Shown: piece by piece, positions 29,601 through 37,827 of the stretch | Layout of the letters: the number at the start of each line of letters is the position of its first letter | Position numbering within the stretch: the first letter of the stretch is position 1 | Assembly: GCA_963806185.1 (NCBI GenBank) | Contig: CAWDXE010000001.1 | Span: 207,512-271,511 of the forward strand | Source: an uncultured candidate division Zixibacteria bacterium | GTDB taxonomy: Bacteria; Zixibacteria; MSB-5A5; GN15; FEB-12 | Reading direction: 5' to 3' | Length of the DNA: 64,000 nucleotides | Notes under the pieces: model-generated | The model's input: the letters and a program-made list of their open reading frames with translations, nothing else | Databases searched by the model: none | What the model was told of the DNA's origin: nothing | Made by a program: the position numbers and the translations under genes

Positions 29601-30061
29601 CGAACTTCTACTGGAACGAGATGGGGATCGCCGGCTATCGCAGTCGTGCGGGGGTTCGCGATTTCCATATGATCACGACCTACAAGTACAACACGAGTTT
29701 GAGCAACACCGACACGTTGACCTGTTGGACGGTGATGACGTCCGTGCGGAACGGGACGTTGACCGATCTGGCGGCCAATGTGGCGGCGGCCAAGGCCTGG
29801 TTCTTTGCTAATCTGCGTCCGGGTTGCGGATCGTGTTGTGTCGGCAGCGTGGGTAATATTGATGGTGACATCACTGACGGCGTTGACGTTGGTGACCTGA
29901 CCAAGTTGATCAACAACCTGTTCATCACCTTTGAAGCGATAGCCTGTCCGGCGGAAGCCAACTGTGATGGCGATCCGCTGAACAGTGTCGACGTAGGTGA
30001 TTTGACGGCACTGATTAACAACCTGTTTATTACGTTCGCGCCGCTTCCTGCCTGTCAGTAA
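26624..30061 (+). CDS. secreted BNR/Asp-box repeat protein with Ig-like domain and C-terminal tandem dockerin-like motifs, paralog B
   Basis: Same architecture as 22606..26046. It is near-identical at both ends and diverged in the middle (aa ~230–500). AAAGGAG lies 8 nt upstream of ATG 26624. Confidence 0.75.
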   Translation: MIKRLPTLFICVLVAVAFIAASVDAKSNFDKGKRVVDERTNKVTTFSFSGKRHLVAQDDVPELLTPTTSSAVRSSLGVPATAGQSASPGFTVDVSYNDDQYIPSAGHQVEWRGTSPYVQFAYGNANSKGDISRFGYNVYDPVLGNWPRTAEVGCEIQGAGDIGTQVDMSLNSSGFVVIGGVDGTTTATQDNHFFFQTAKFSCTWGTGTKIAASQYNVNFLTTANLLHHPRIESQTWAGQTYTHVVAVESKVTDLTTEFRRNTLHYFRKVGTAQAGTWTGPVTLDTIASSSNSQRVNCASIVASRTSPKVAVVYTVPTAEGLAHLQRYDNDVYFTESDSVGATWGARVNMTNYTHTTASFTANLGAFGLYDSQGFLHILFSAQPVDALPYAPTSSFFWGDFSCSLFHWSKRVAGSNAGGTIAKVHNAEWGIDVNTEVCGFPSPGSSYLGFYSLAECDGRLYAVFSQYNDYYGNFGTSHIDDCAVGASDRLYAANGEVCVTVSSDRDGMLWDAVRNLTNTYTPNCDSAGGTGGECANDTRATVSRYGMNVNSFDTNAVHVNLTWPGTDLIVPAGGTADSMFLHVFYTADKFPAPGWRDTTTYNRATPNPLKWMRLACVDPISAPQIRVSPNLIAYPEYTRHNTQKSVTVTVTNEGNEDLHVTTIGTDKVSPITPNWLATSVGSLTVAAGQSNTGTFNVLLNGPGLINSPGTVVALNGEVYLLSDAPAPRDSVSIFIENFLVADTVVGLDFDTVVTCGVELMVDNHGNMGSQGQGKVNLDFVGSGECDTSGADTYLYDGGPMLIRNLGGGSFVYSNALFEDDFSTAQSFKPLTGPVPASFVGPAGSDGYFTGTFVTRDTAVGMQLRYYGPTDGGDNCDFVIQQMKVFKMTPGTLTGITVGQGIDWDIRSDSGAQNSFNRSGVATDSSFVYQRGVDTGAVTGCNPDSGRYGAQAVLGMYLKSDSVANNCATSNIYGMYAQYNDTLFKYDTLSENLEANFYWNEMGIAGYRSRAGVRDFHMITTYKYNTSLSNTDTLTCWTVMTSVRNGTLTDLAANVAAAKAWFFANLRPGCGSCCVGSVGNIDGDITDGVDVGDLTKLINNLFITFEAIACPAEANCDGDPLNSVDVGDLTALINNLFITFAPLPACQ

Positions 30062-30135
30062 GCAGTCGAACCGATAGACGGTGACGATGAGATACGGCCA
30101 CCTCCCCCCGGGGGTGGCCGTACGTGTTTGCGGGA
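26697..30135 (+). repeat. tandem duplication unit B
   Basis: See unit A. There are only two coding differences in the last ~640 codons (K/D in 'SGAKTY' vs 'SGADTY'; K/R in 'TKHNTQ' vs 'TRHNTQ'). Confidence 0.8.
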
Positions 30136-30153
30136 AGAGCCCCGGGAGCGCTC

Positions 30154-31545
30154 TCAAACCCTCACAGCAGCGCGCTCGACGGTGACGGCCCCCACAAGGG
30201 AATCCACCCAGAAATAGCTTTCCTGGTGAAACGGCAGGTATACGAGTTGCCAAGCCGTGGGCATGAACTTGGCGGCCAATAACGTCGACTGTCTCTCGAT
30301 GGCGGCCCGGGTGAGCAGGGCATCGGCCAGATTGATCGCCTCATCATATGACACCGTCACGGGCGGGAGCTTGGACGGTACCTCGTCGGAGAGTCCCCGC
30401 GAGATCAAGTCAGCGCCGGAGGCACGACGGACCAGTCGGAAGGCGGCTTCAACGTTGGGCATCTCGAAGGCCGGGAGCATCAGCCACTCCGGCGGATATT
30501 GATAGCCGAAGAATCGCATGATTTCCTTCCGATCGAGATCGCGAATCTGAAATGCCCAAAACGGGAGATACGAATCACCGGTGAAGCCCGGCAGGCAGTG
30601 AGCCGAAGTGACTGTGCCGGCACAGTTGCCGAGAAGAGTCCAGCGACCGCAGCTCGCGCAATGGTACACGAGTGAAACGGTTGATTCAAAATCGGTTCCG
30701 CAGGTAGCACAGCAAAGGGATTCAACAATGACAGTCTGGACCGGGGTATTCACGGTGGGCGGTTCCGGCCCGGATACATTTTGGTCAGGTTGTTCAGCGC
30801 ACGAGACCACATTGCCGGTAACACCATCGACGATAAGTCGAAAGGCACTGGACGAATAGCACTCGGCCACCATATACGGAAAGTGGATTAGTGAAAAGAC
30901 AGGATTGAGAAGTTCAGTCCGATTGACGCCGGAACCGGGCGAGTCCAGCGAATCGAGCCGATCCAGACCGGTTCGGATTCTCGTGGCCGCCTCCTCCCTC
31001 GGGCGAACGACCGACAAGACATCAAACGCGGCTTCCCGATACGGCTCCGCAAAGGGAAACAGCTTAAGGTATGCGGCGCGCAAACCGAGCGTATCAGGAA
31101 AGTCAGCCGATCCCGCACCGGCGGCTATGGCGTTTACGTAGGGAGTCAGGCTGACCGTGCGAACGTTTTGAGTCTCCTCCACGTCAGCGGATGGATCGAT
31201 CTCGTTGGCGTGGATGCGCGTGACACTGGAGTTACGGATCTTGAGAAGCGAAGCGTCGATTTTCCAGTACGGGTAGTACACCCATTTCATCAGGAGGTCA
31301 TGGCCCGTGAGGGGCAAGCCGTGTTCCTTGAGATAGCGATCAATCAGAAACCGGAGTTGTGATTCGGTCCTGGTGACGCGCGCCACCCAAGCCGCTGCCC
31401 CCTGGGGCATGACAATGCGCAGGGAGGCGCCACAATGGGCACAGCGGGTCGCGCGGATGGAATCCAGGAATTCCAATTCAGCGCCGCAGCCGGGGCAGGT
31501 GCAACCGAAAACGAGTCCGGCGTCAGGCCGACGTTGAATCGCCAT
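30154..31545 (-). CDS. zinc-ribbon domain protein, hypothetical (two CxxC…CxxC ribbons each followed by an aromatic-rich domain)
   Basis: '[12 protein letters not shown]…RCAHCGASL' and '[10 protein letters not shown]…HCASCGRW'. No known catalytic motif. Its first 200 nt overlap the 3' end of the SPFH gene in another frame, so the true start is uncertain or a frameshift is present. Confidence 0.5.
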   Translation of the reverse strand: MAIQRRPDAGLVFGCTCPGCGAELEFLDSIRATRCAHCGASLRIVMPQGAAAWVARVTRTESQLRFLIDRYLKEHGLPLTGHDLLMKWVYYPYWKIDASLLKIRNSSVTRIHANEIDPSADVEETQNVRTVSLTPYVNAIAAGAGSADFPDTLGLRAAYLKLFPFAEPYREAAFDVLSVVRPREEAATRIRTGLDRLDSLDSPGSGVNRTELLNPVFSLIHFPYMVAECYSSSAFRLIVDGVTGNVVSCAEQPDQNVSGPEPPTVNTPVQTVIVESLCCATCGTDFESTVSLVYHCASCGRWTLLGNCAGTVTSAHCLPGFTGDSYLPFWAFQIRDLDRKEIMRFFGYQYPPEWLMLPAFEMPNVEAAFRLVRRASGADLISRGLSDEVPSKLPPVTVSYDEAINLADALLTRAAIERQSTLLAAKFMPTAWQLVYLPFHQESYFWVDSLVGAVTVERAAVRV

Positions 31546-32657
31546 TGTTCACCGACGTTGCCACAATTTCCACAGAACTTGGAGCCGGGGATCAACTCGG
31601 CTTTGCAATTGGGGCAATGCACCTTTTCATCCAGGCGATGACCGCAATAGAGGCAGAAATTCGCCTCGGTAGGAATTTCCCGCTGACAAGCGAGGCAGCG
31701 ATTCTGAGCCACCATCGGGTGGCCGCAGCGGTAGCAATACCGTGATTGTTCCGGAGTATCGGTATGGCACTTGGGACAGGTGACGGTGGCTACCGGCTCG
31801 CGCCTGAGTTCTGTCTGATCGGGCGAGAAGACCTTGGTCATGAGACTAGGCAGCATGACACCGACTCCAGCCGCCATGCCGATACCCGCACCGGTGCCTG
31901 CGGCGCCACCGGTAGCCCCCAGTCCTTTCGCCATCTCGTATTTCATGAACTTGTCGAGGTCACCTACCGCCTCAATGCCGGAGCGCTGGTCGATCATCTG
32001 CCCTACTTCATCCGGCGGAGTGATCGAGGAGATGAAGAAATCGACGAGGGTCAGGCCGTACTTTTCGAATTCGACTCGAACGATGTCTTTGAAGTTTTCG
32101 GCCAGTTCAGTATACTTGGCCGGCAATTCGAGAAGGGTATCGAGCGTCTCGCCAAGCAGGTCGTTCATCCGGGCGACGATGACGTCGCGGAGGTAGTCCT
32201 GTATGTCCGACGTCGTGTACTTCGCCTGACGGCCGACGATGGAATTCAGGAACAGCATCGGTTGAGTGATGCGCATGGTGAAGGCTCCGTGGCCACGGAG
32301 ACGAACCAGGCCGAGTTTACTGTCCTTGAAAGTGACAGGCAGTTTGGTCCCCCATTTGAGTTCGGTAAATGTCTTGAGGTTAACGAAGTAGACCTCGGCC
32401 CGAAAGGGCGAGGTGAAGCCAAAGGGGAACGAAAGCAAGCGAGTGAGTATTGGGATGTTCAAGGACGAAAGGGTATGGCGTCCAGTGGTGAAGGAATCGC
32501 AGGCGTGGCCGTCCTTGAAGAAGATCGCCATCTGACTGTCGCGGACGATGAGTTGTGCGCCGAGTTTGAAATCGGCTGATCCCTCCTGCGGCAGACGATA
32601 GATCATTTCTTTGCCGGTCGGATCGACCCATTCGATGACTTCGATCAAAAGTGACAT
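31344..32657 (-). CDS. SPFH/band-7 domain protein with C-terminal tandem zinc ribbons (YdjI-like)
   Basis: The start [10 protein letters not shown] is preceded by GGAG. An SPFH region (…[32 protein letters not shown]…) and a Gly-rich segment are followed by 'CPKCH…YCYRCG', 'CLACQ…FCLYCG' and 'CPNCK…FCGNCG'. The last ~65 aa are a low-complexity P/A-rich tail suggesting read-through after a frameshift. Confidence 0.65.
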   Translation of the reverse strand: MSLLIEVIEWVDPTGKEMIYRLPQEGSADFKLGAQLIVRDSQMAIFFKDGHACDSFTTGRHTLSSLNIPILTRLLSFPFGFTSPFRAEVYFVNLKTFTELKWGTKLPVTFKDSKLGLVRLRGHGAFTMRITQPMLFLNSIVGRQAKYTTSDIQDYLRDVIVARMNDLLGETLDTLLELPAKYTELAENFKDIVRVEFEKYGLTLVDFFISSITPPDEVGQMIDQRSGIEAVGDLDKFMKYEMAKGLGATGGAAGTGAGIGMAAGVGVMLPSLMTKVFSPDQTELRREPVATVTCPKCHTDTPEQSRYCYRCGHPMVAQNRCLACQREIPTEANFCLYCGHRLDEKVHCPNCKAELIPGSKFCGNCGNVGEQWRFNVGLTPDSFSVAPAPAAALNWNSWIPSARPAVPIVAPPCALSCPRGQRLGWRASPGPNHNSGF

Positions 32658-32822
32658 GGCTGCTCCTTCAATACTGTAACTGCTTGCTATATGGCCGTTT
32701 TCGGCAATTCGCGGCGATATTAGACTTGCCTCGGCGACGGTCCGGGGGTGTCCTTTTCGCTTGTGGCATATGCAGGTTGGGCCTGTAGAATTGGGAAACT
32801 TCTGACCGAGGTAGCGGGTTAA

Positions 32823-33428
32823 GTGGGGAGTGAAAGCGTACAATCTTGTAACAGAAGATACTACGAATGGAACGATCAGATCGAGAATCTTCAGAAGATG
32901 TATCACGACCTCCTGGTCGGCGTCGGTGAGGATGTCAGTCGCGAAGGGCTGGTCAAGACCCCCGAACGGGCAGCCCGGGCAATAGAGTTTCTGACCCGTG
33001 GCTACACGCAAGATGTCGAAGAGATCATTAACGACGCCTATTTCCAGTCGGATACTGACGAGATGATCCTGGTAAAGGATATCGAATTGTACTCGTTGTG
33101 CGAACATCATCTTCTGCCCTTCATCGGAAAGTGTCATGTGGCGTACATGCCCATGGGGCGAATCATCGGTCTGTCGAAGATTGCGCGGATTGTGGACGTC
33201 TTCGCGCGACGTCTTCAGGTTCAGGAACGTCTGACCAAGCAGATAGCAGACACCTTGATGACCCATCTGGGGGCACGCGGCGTTGCCGTGGTGATCGAGG
33301 CTCAGCATTTGTGCATGATGATGCGAGGTGTGGAAAAACAGAATTCAGTGATGAAGACCTCGTGTTTGCTGGGCGCATTTCGCAATTCCCCGTCGACCCG
33401 AGCGGAGTTCCTCAGTCTGATCAAGTAG
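32823..33428 (+). CDS. folE: GTP cyclohydrolase I (FolE)
   Basis: '[51 protein letters not shown]…[15 protein letters not shown]' matches the conserved FolE active-site region. GTG start at 32823; an alternative ATG lies at 32898. Confidence 0.8.
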   Translation: MGSESVQSCNRRYYEWNDQIENLQKMYHDLLVGVGEDVSREGLVKTPERAARAIEFLTRGYTQDVEEIINDAYFQSDTDEMILVKDIELYSLCEHHLLPFIGKCHVAYMPMGRIIGLSKIARIVDVFARRLQVQERLTKQIADTLMTHLGARGVAVVIEAQHLCMMMRGVEKQNSVMKTSCLLGAFRNSPSTRAEFLSLIK

Positions 33429-33463
33429 GAGTTCGACAACCGTCGCGTTGACACGAAAGCATC

Positions 33464-34714
33464 ATGCTGTTTACACTGAGCAAGCGGTTCGAATTGTCCT
33501 CATCGCGGCGGCTATTTCTGCCTGATCGGTCGAGTGAACAAAACGCCCGCCTCTACGGCGGCAGCGCCGCCGGTCAATGGGGGCAAGGGTGCAATTACGT
33601 GGTCAGCCCGGTGTTCAGCGGACCGATCGATCAGGCGACGGGCATGTTGATGAACGTATCGGAGGTGAAGCAGCGAGTCAACAGCCTGCTGAACGAACGG
33701 TACGATCACCGGTATCTGAATATGGATACCACACCATTTGACAGCATCCCCCCCACGCCGGAACTGGTCGCGCGGCAGATTCTACAGGAGATTCAACCGA
33801 TATTCGCCGACAGCCCGGCAAGGCCGGTAGCGGTACACCTGATGGAATCACCAGAGAGCGGGGCTACCGCCTATCTCGACGGGCGGATCGAGCGTGATAT
33901 TTGGCTTGATTTCTCGGCGGCGCGGCGGACTTGGTCACCTCATTTGTCCAGAGAGGAAAATGAAAAGCTGTTCGGTATATCGGCCCGGCCCAATGGCCAC
34001 GGTCACAACTATCGCCTCAGGATGGTGTTGAGCGGCACGTGGCACGAGGCGGAAGGAATCGTCATTGAGCAGCAGGAGATTGACAGTGCGGTGGCCTCGA
34101 TCCGAGAGAAATTCGATCATCAACACTTGAATCTCGACGTACCGGAGTTGAAGGGGCAACCGGTGACGACGGAGACGCTGGCCCGACTGATCTATCGGCT
34201 GGCGCATTTTGCTCTGCCGGTGGTTCGCGTGCAATTGTACGAATTACCCTGGTTCTTTGTGGAGCATCGGTCGGACAACTCGTTCAGCCTGGGGTATGAG
34301 AATTCATTCAGTGCGGCACACCGACTTCACTCGAATTACCTGTCGGAGGAAGCTAACCGGACAGTGTACGGGAAGTGCAACAATCCGAACGGCCATGGGC
34401 ATCACTATCGAGTGGAGATGACGATCGGCGGGCCGTTTGACGAACGGTCGGGGACACTTTTTGACCTGGGGCGGGCCGCGAGCGGCTTCGAGCGAGTGAT
34501 TACACCATGGCGGAACAGACATCTCGACGTGGAGACCGAAGATTTCAAAAGTGTACCCTCAACGGGCGAGAACATCGCTGAACGGCTATGGGAGAAGCTG
34601 GACGGCGCATACGGTGGTCGGCTGACCCGGCTGCGGTTGTGGGAGACCATGAACAATCGATTCACGCTTCGGAATTACGGCCTGCCGGCGCCATCAATCA
34701 TGCAAAATATCTAG
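33464..34714 (+). CDS. triple-domain 6-pyruvoyl-tetrahydropterin synthase (PTPS/QueD T-fold) fusion protein
   Basis: Three successive ~130-aa T-fold units. The second carries 'ARPNGHGHNYRL', the third 'CNNPNGHGHHYRVEM' (Cys-x5-HGH zinc motif), and the first is degenerate. Immediately downstream of folE. Confidence 0.7.
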   Translation: MLFTLSKRFELSSSRRLFLPDRSSEQNARLYGGSAAGQWGQGCNYVVSPVFSGPIDQATGMLMNVSEVKQRVNSLLNERYDHRYLNMDTTPFDSIPPTPELVARQILQEIQPIFADSPARPVAVHLMESPESGATAYLDGRIERDIWLDFSAARRTWSPHLSREENEKLFGISARPNGHGHNYRLRMVLSGTWHEAEGIVIEQQEIDSAVASIREKFDHQHLNLDVPELKGQPVTTETLARLIYRLAHFALPVVRVQLYELPWFFVEHRSDNSFSLGYENSFSAAHRLHSNYLSEEANRTVYGKCNNPNGHGHHYRVEMTIGGPFDERSGTLFDLGRAASGFERVITPWRNRHLDVETEDFKSVPSTGENIAERLWEKLDGAYGGRLTRLRLWETMNNRFTLRNYGLPAPSIMQNI

Positions 34715-34733
34715 CGGCCAAGGATATTCACAC

Positions 34734-35429
34734 GTGCAGCGAATACTCATCACGGGAGCGAGCAAAGGGATCGGGAGGGCAATCGCCGAGCGACTGGCGT
34801 CGCCGGGACGGGAACTGCTGATCCACGGACGGGATGCAGGTCGTCTCGAGGAAACGGGACGCCTGGTTGAGAAGCACGGCGGGACGGCCACCATGATTCT
34901 GTGCGATTTGTCTCGTCCGAGCGAGACGGTCAGGTTGGTGGAAGCAGTTAACGGCCGACCGGTGCATTGCCTTGTCAATAATGCCGGTTTGGGTCATACC
35001 GGACCGCTTGAAAAGATAACTCCGGAGCAATGGCAGGCCATGTTTGACGTCAATGTCACGGGGCCATTCCTCCTGGCACAGGGGCTGGTGGGGCAGATGC
35101 CCAGAGGGAGCCTGATCATCAACATCATTTCGGCGGCGGCGAAGAACATCTTCCCGGGCTGGGGCGCGTATACCATGACCAAATGCGCGCTCGACGGTTT
35201 CGCCAAGGTGATGCGAGAGGAGCTTCGCCCGCGAGGTATACGGGTAGTCAATCTGTATCCGGGAGCCACTGACACCGACATCTGGCGGGACGTAGACGGG
35301 CCGTTTGTCCGAGACAAGATGATGGCAGCCCGCAACACGGCTGACGCGGTCGCGTTTGTGCTTGACCGGCCCGAAGGGGTACTGGTCGAGGACATTACAC
35401 TTTCGAATCTTGGGGCGATTACGGAATAG
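34734..35429 (+). CDS. short-chain dehydrogenase/reductase (SDR), candidate sepiapterin-reductase-like pterin reductase
   Basis: 'ILITGASKGIGRAIAERLA' Rossmann motif and a catalytic 'YTMTKCAL' (YxxxK). The pterin-reductase role is inferred only from adjacency to folE and PTPS. Confidence 0.65.
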   Translation: MQRILITGASKGIGRAIAERLASPGRELLIHGRDAGRLEETGRLVEKHGGTATMILCDLSRPSETVRLVEAVNGRPVHCLVNNAGLGHTGPLEKITPEQWQAMFDVNVTGPFLLAQGLVGQMPRGSLIINIISAAAKNIFPGWGAYTMTKCALDGFAKVMREELRPRGIRVVNLYPGATDTDIWRDVDGPFVRDKMMAARNTADAVAFVLDRPEGVLVEDITLSNLGAITE

Positions 35430-35613
35430 CCGTACCACATAGCTTTCCCCTGCATGGATGAGCTGTAGTGACTACACCCGCGCTCTCTGGTCTCATCCTC
35501 CATCCGGGGATTCTTAAGAGAACTTCTCAAAATCAAATTCCGGGCGCCGGGCGTCAAGAATCCGGCACGGGATTCGGAGGTGGGCTAACTGCGTGAGTGG
35601 CTTGCTATTCGGC

Positions 35614-35643
35614 TTGACAAGACCGACGAATCTGTTCTATCTT
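35614..35643 (+). promoter_or_regulatory. putative sigma70-like promoter for the liv operon (TTGACA–18–TATCTT)
   Basis: Seen ~45 nt upstream of livK. Weak evidence; approximate coordinates. Confidence 0.3.
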
Positions 35644-35685
35644 CACGCGTGAACCAGCAACCCTGATTATAGGACTACCAGACAT

Positions 35686-36831
35686 ATGAAAAATCTCATC
35701 GGCTTTGTGCTTAGCGTTTGCCTGCTGGCATTGGCTTTCGGCTGTTCCGGAGGTGGGTCGGGTACGGACGCGAATGTAATCCCGGTCGGAGAATACTCAT
35801 CGCTGACGGGGACCACGGCGACGTTTGGGCAGTCGACACACCGAGGGGTGGAGATGGCGGTCCAGGAAACGAATGCTTCCGGCGGAGTGCTCGGCAAGCA
35901 GGTGAAGTTGCTTACGGAGGACACGCAATCAAAGCCGGAAGAAGCGGCGCTGGCCGTGACCAAGTTGATTACACGCGATGGCGTGAAGGCGTTGATCGGG
36001 GAAGTGGCGTCGTCGCGGAGTCTGGCCGCGGCGCCGATTGCCCAGGCTAATAAGATTCCGATGATCTCCCCCGGGTCGACAAACCCTGAGGTGACCAAAA
36101 AGGGCGACTACATTTTCCGCGTCTGTTATATCGATCCGTTTCAGGGGCAGGTGATTGCCAAGTTCGTGGCCAACTCGCTCAACTTGAAGCAGGTGGGAAT
36201 TCTGCGCGACGTCAAGAATGATTACTCCGTAGGGCTGGCCGATTACTTCACCCAGACATTCGCGGCATCGGGCGGCAAGGTGGTGGCAGACCAGGCATAT
36301 AGTGAAGGCGATACTGACTTCAAGGCGCAGTTGACGGCGATCAAAGCGTCGAGTCCGGAAGCGGTAATCGTTCCCGGTTACTATCAGGAAGCGGCGCTCA
36401 TTGTGAAACAAGCGCGTGAGTTGGGTATGACGATACCGTTTATCGGCGGCGACGGATGGGATTCGGAGAAGCTGATTGAAATCGGCGGCGAAGCGATGAA
36501 CGGGACGTATTTCACCAATCATTACAGCCCGGACGATACCAGTCAGATCGTGCAGAATTTCGTGAAGAAATATGAGCAGCAATACGGCCAGCAGGTTCCC
36601 GACGCCATGGCGGCACTGGGGTACGACGCGGCGATGATTTTGTTTGACGCCATGCGTCGCGCGGGTACGGACGAACCGACCAAGGTGCGCGACGCGCTGG
36701 CAGTGACCAAGGATTTTCAGGGGGTGGCGGGCAAGACGACGATAGACGCCGAGCGGAACGCGAGCAAGTCGGCGGTCATCATCGCGATTGACAACGGTCA
36801 ACAGCATTTCCGCGAATCGGTTCAACCCTAG
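35686..36831 (+). CDS. livK: branched-chain amino acid ABC transporter substrate-binding lipoprotein (LivK/LivJ family, PBP type I)
   Basis: Lipobox 'LALAFGC' and a Leu/Ile/Val-binding protein family region ('KALIGEVASSRSLAAAPIAQANKIPMISPGSTNP…GDYIFRVC…'). Confidence 0.8.
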   Translation: MKNLIGFVLSVCLLALAFGCSGGGSGTDANVIPVGEYSSLTGTTATFGQSTHRGVEMAVQETNASGGVLGKQVKLLTEDTQSKPEEAALAVTKLITRDGVKALIGEVASSRSLAAAPIAQANKIPMISPGSTNPEVTKKGDYIFRVCYIDPFQGQVIAKFVANSLNLKQVGILRDVKNDYSVGLADYFTQTFAASGGKVVADQAYSEGDTDFKAQLTAIKASSPEAVIVPGYYQEAALIVKQARELGMTIPFIGGDGWDSEKLIEIGGEAMNGTYFTNHYSPDDTSQIVQNFVKKYEQQYGQQVPDAMAALGYDAAMILFDAMRRAGTDEPTKVRDALAVTKDFQGVAGKTTIDAERNASKSAVIIAIDNGQQHFRESVQP

Positions 36832-36921
36832 ACTCGACGACGGGCGTTTTTTGCGGGCGGAGCCGACGAGAACTGATTTCGTCGGCCGGACTATCACTTC
36901 AAGGACACAGACCACCACGGC

Positions 36922-37827
36922 ATGACCGAATTTCTCCAGCAGATCATCAATGGCGTTTCGCTGGGCAGTATCTATGCCTTGATCGCGCTGGGGTACACGA
37001 TGATCTACGGAATCCTCCGGTTCATCAATTTCGCCCATGGTGACGTATTCATGGTGGGGGCGTTCATCGGTTACTACCTGGGTCCGTATATTCTCCCCCT
37101 GGCCGGAAGCAATGTAGCGCTCGGCGCGATCATGGTGCTGTTGGTCGCGATGATCGGTTGCTCACTTCTGGGGGTGACGATCGAGAAACTGGCCTACCGG
37201 CCGTTGCGGAGTCGACCGAAGTTGACGGTGCTCATCACCGCGATCGGCGTTTCGCTTTTTCTGGAATTTGGCGGACAGCTGGTATTCGGGCCGGACCCCA
37301 AGCTCTTCCCGGCTGTCGTCCCGTTGACCACGAAGTACTACGTGGGTGATCTCATCATCGACGCAAAGTCAATCGTGGTGATTCTGACTGCCGTCATCCT
37401 GGTGCTGATGCTCAGGTTCATTGTCTTTCGCACCAAGATCGGGACGGCGATGCGGGCGGTGTCCCACAACCACCATGCCGCCAGCCTCATGGGAATAAAC
37501 AATGACACGGTGATTTCGTTTACATTTGTTCTCGGTTCCAGTCTGGCCGCCGCCGCGGCGATTCTCTATGCCACGGTGTATCCGAGTATTAATCCGCTCA
37601 TGGGTGTTTATACCGGCCTCAAAGCGTTTGTGGCCGCCGTGCTCGGCGGAATCGGCAACTTGATGGGCGCGGCGCTGGGCGGGCTGATTATCGGCGTGAC
37701 CGAGACATTCGTGTCGGGGTATATCTCGTCGACTTTCCGCGACGCTATTGCGTTTATGATTCTGATCCTGATCCTGCTGATTAAGCCTTCGGGGTTGCTG
37801 GGCAAAGGGGAGGACGAGAAGATATGA
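36922..37827 (+). CDS. livH: branched-chain amino acid ABC transporter permease LivH
   Basis: 301 aa and ~8 TM. 'MTEFLQQIINGVSLGSIYALIALGYTMIYGILRFINFAHGD' is the canonical LivH N-terminus. Confidence 0.85.
   Translation: MTEFLQQIINGVSLGSIYALIALGYTMIYGILRFINFAHGDVFMVGAFIGYYLGPYILPLAGSNVALGAIMVLLVAMIGCSLLGVTIEKLAYRPLRSRPKLTVLITAIGVSLFLEFGGQLVFGPDPKLFPAVVPLTTKYYVGDLIIDAKSIVVILTAVILVLMLRFIVFRTKIGTAMRAVSHNHHAASLMGINNDTVISFTFVLGSSLAAAAAILYATVYPSINPLMGVYTGLKAFVAAVLGGIGNLMGAALGGLIIGVTETFVSGYISSTFRDAIAFMILILILLIKPSGLLGKGEDEKI

Noticed and set aside
22600-30061. A diversity-generating retroelement as the explanation for the variable central block of the paralogs
   Set aside because: There is no reverse transcriptase, no template repeat and no A-biased substitution pattern. 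The variability sits in the middle of the protein rather than in a C-terminal CLec/Ig target.
22600-30135. Mobile element or integrative island interpretation of the duplicated region
   Set aside because: There is no integrase, transposase or IS terminal inverted repeat, and no tRNA at the boundary. The repeat is a simple head-to-tail gene duplication.
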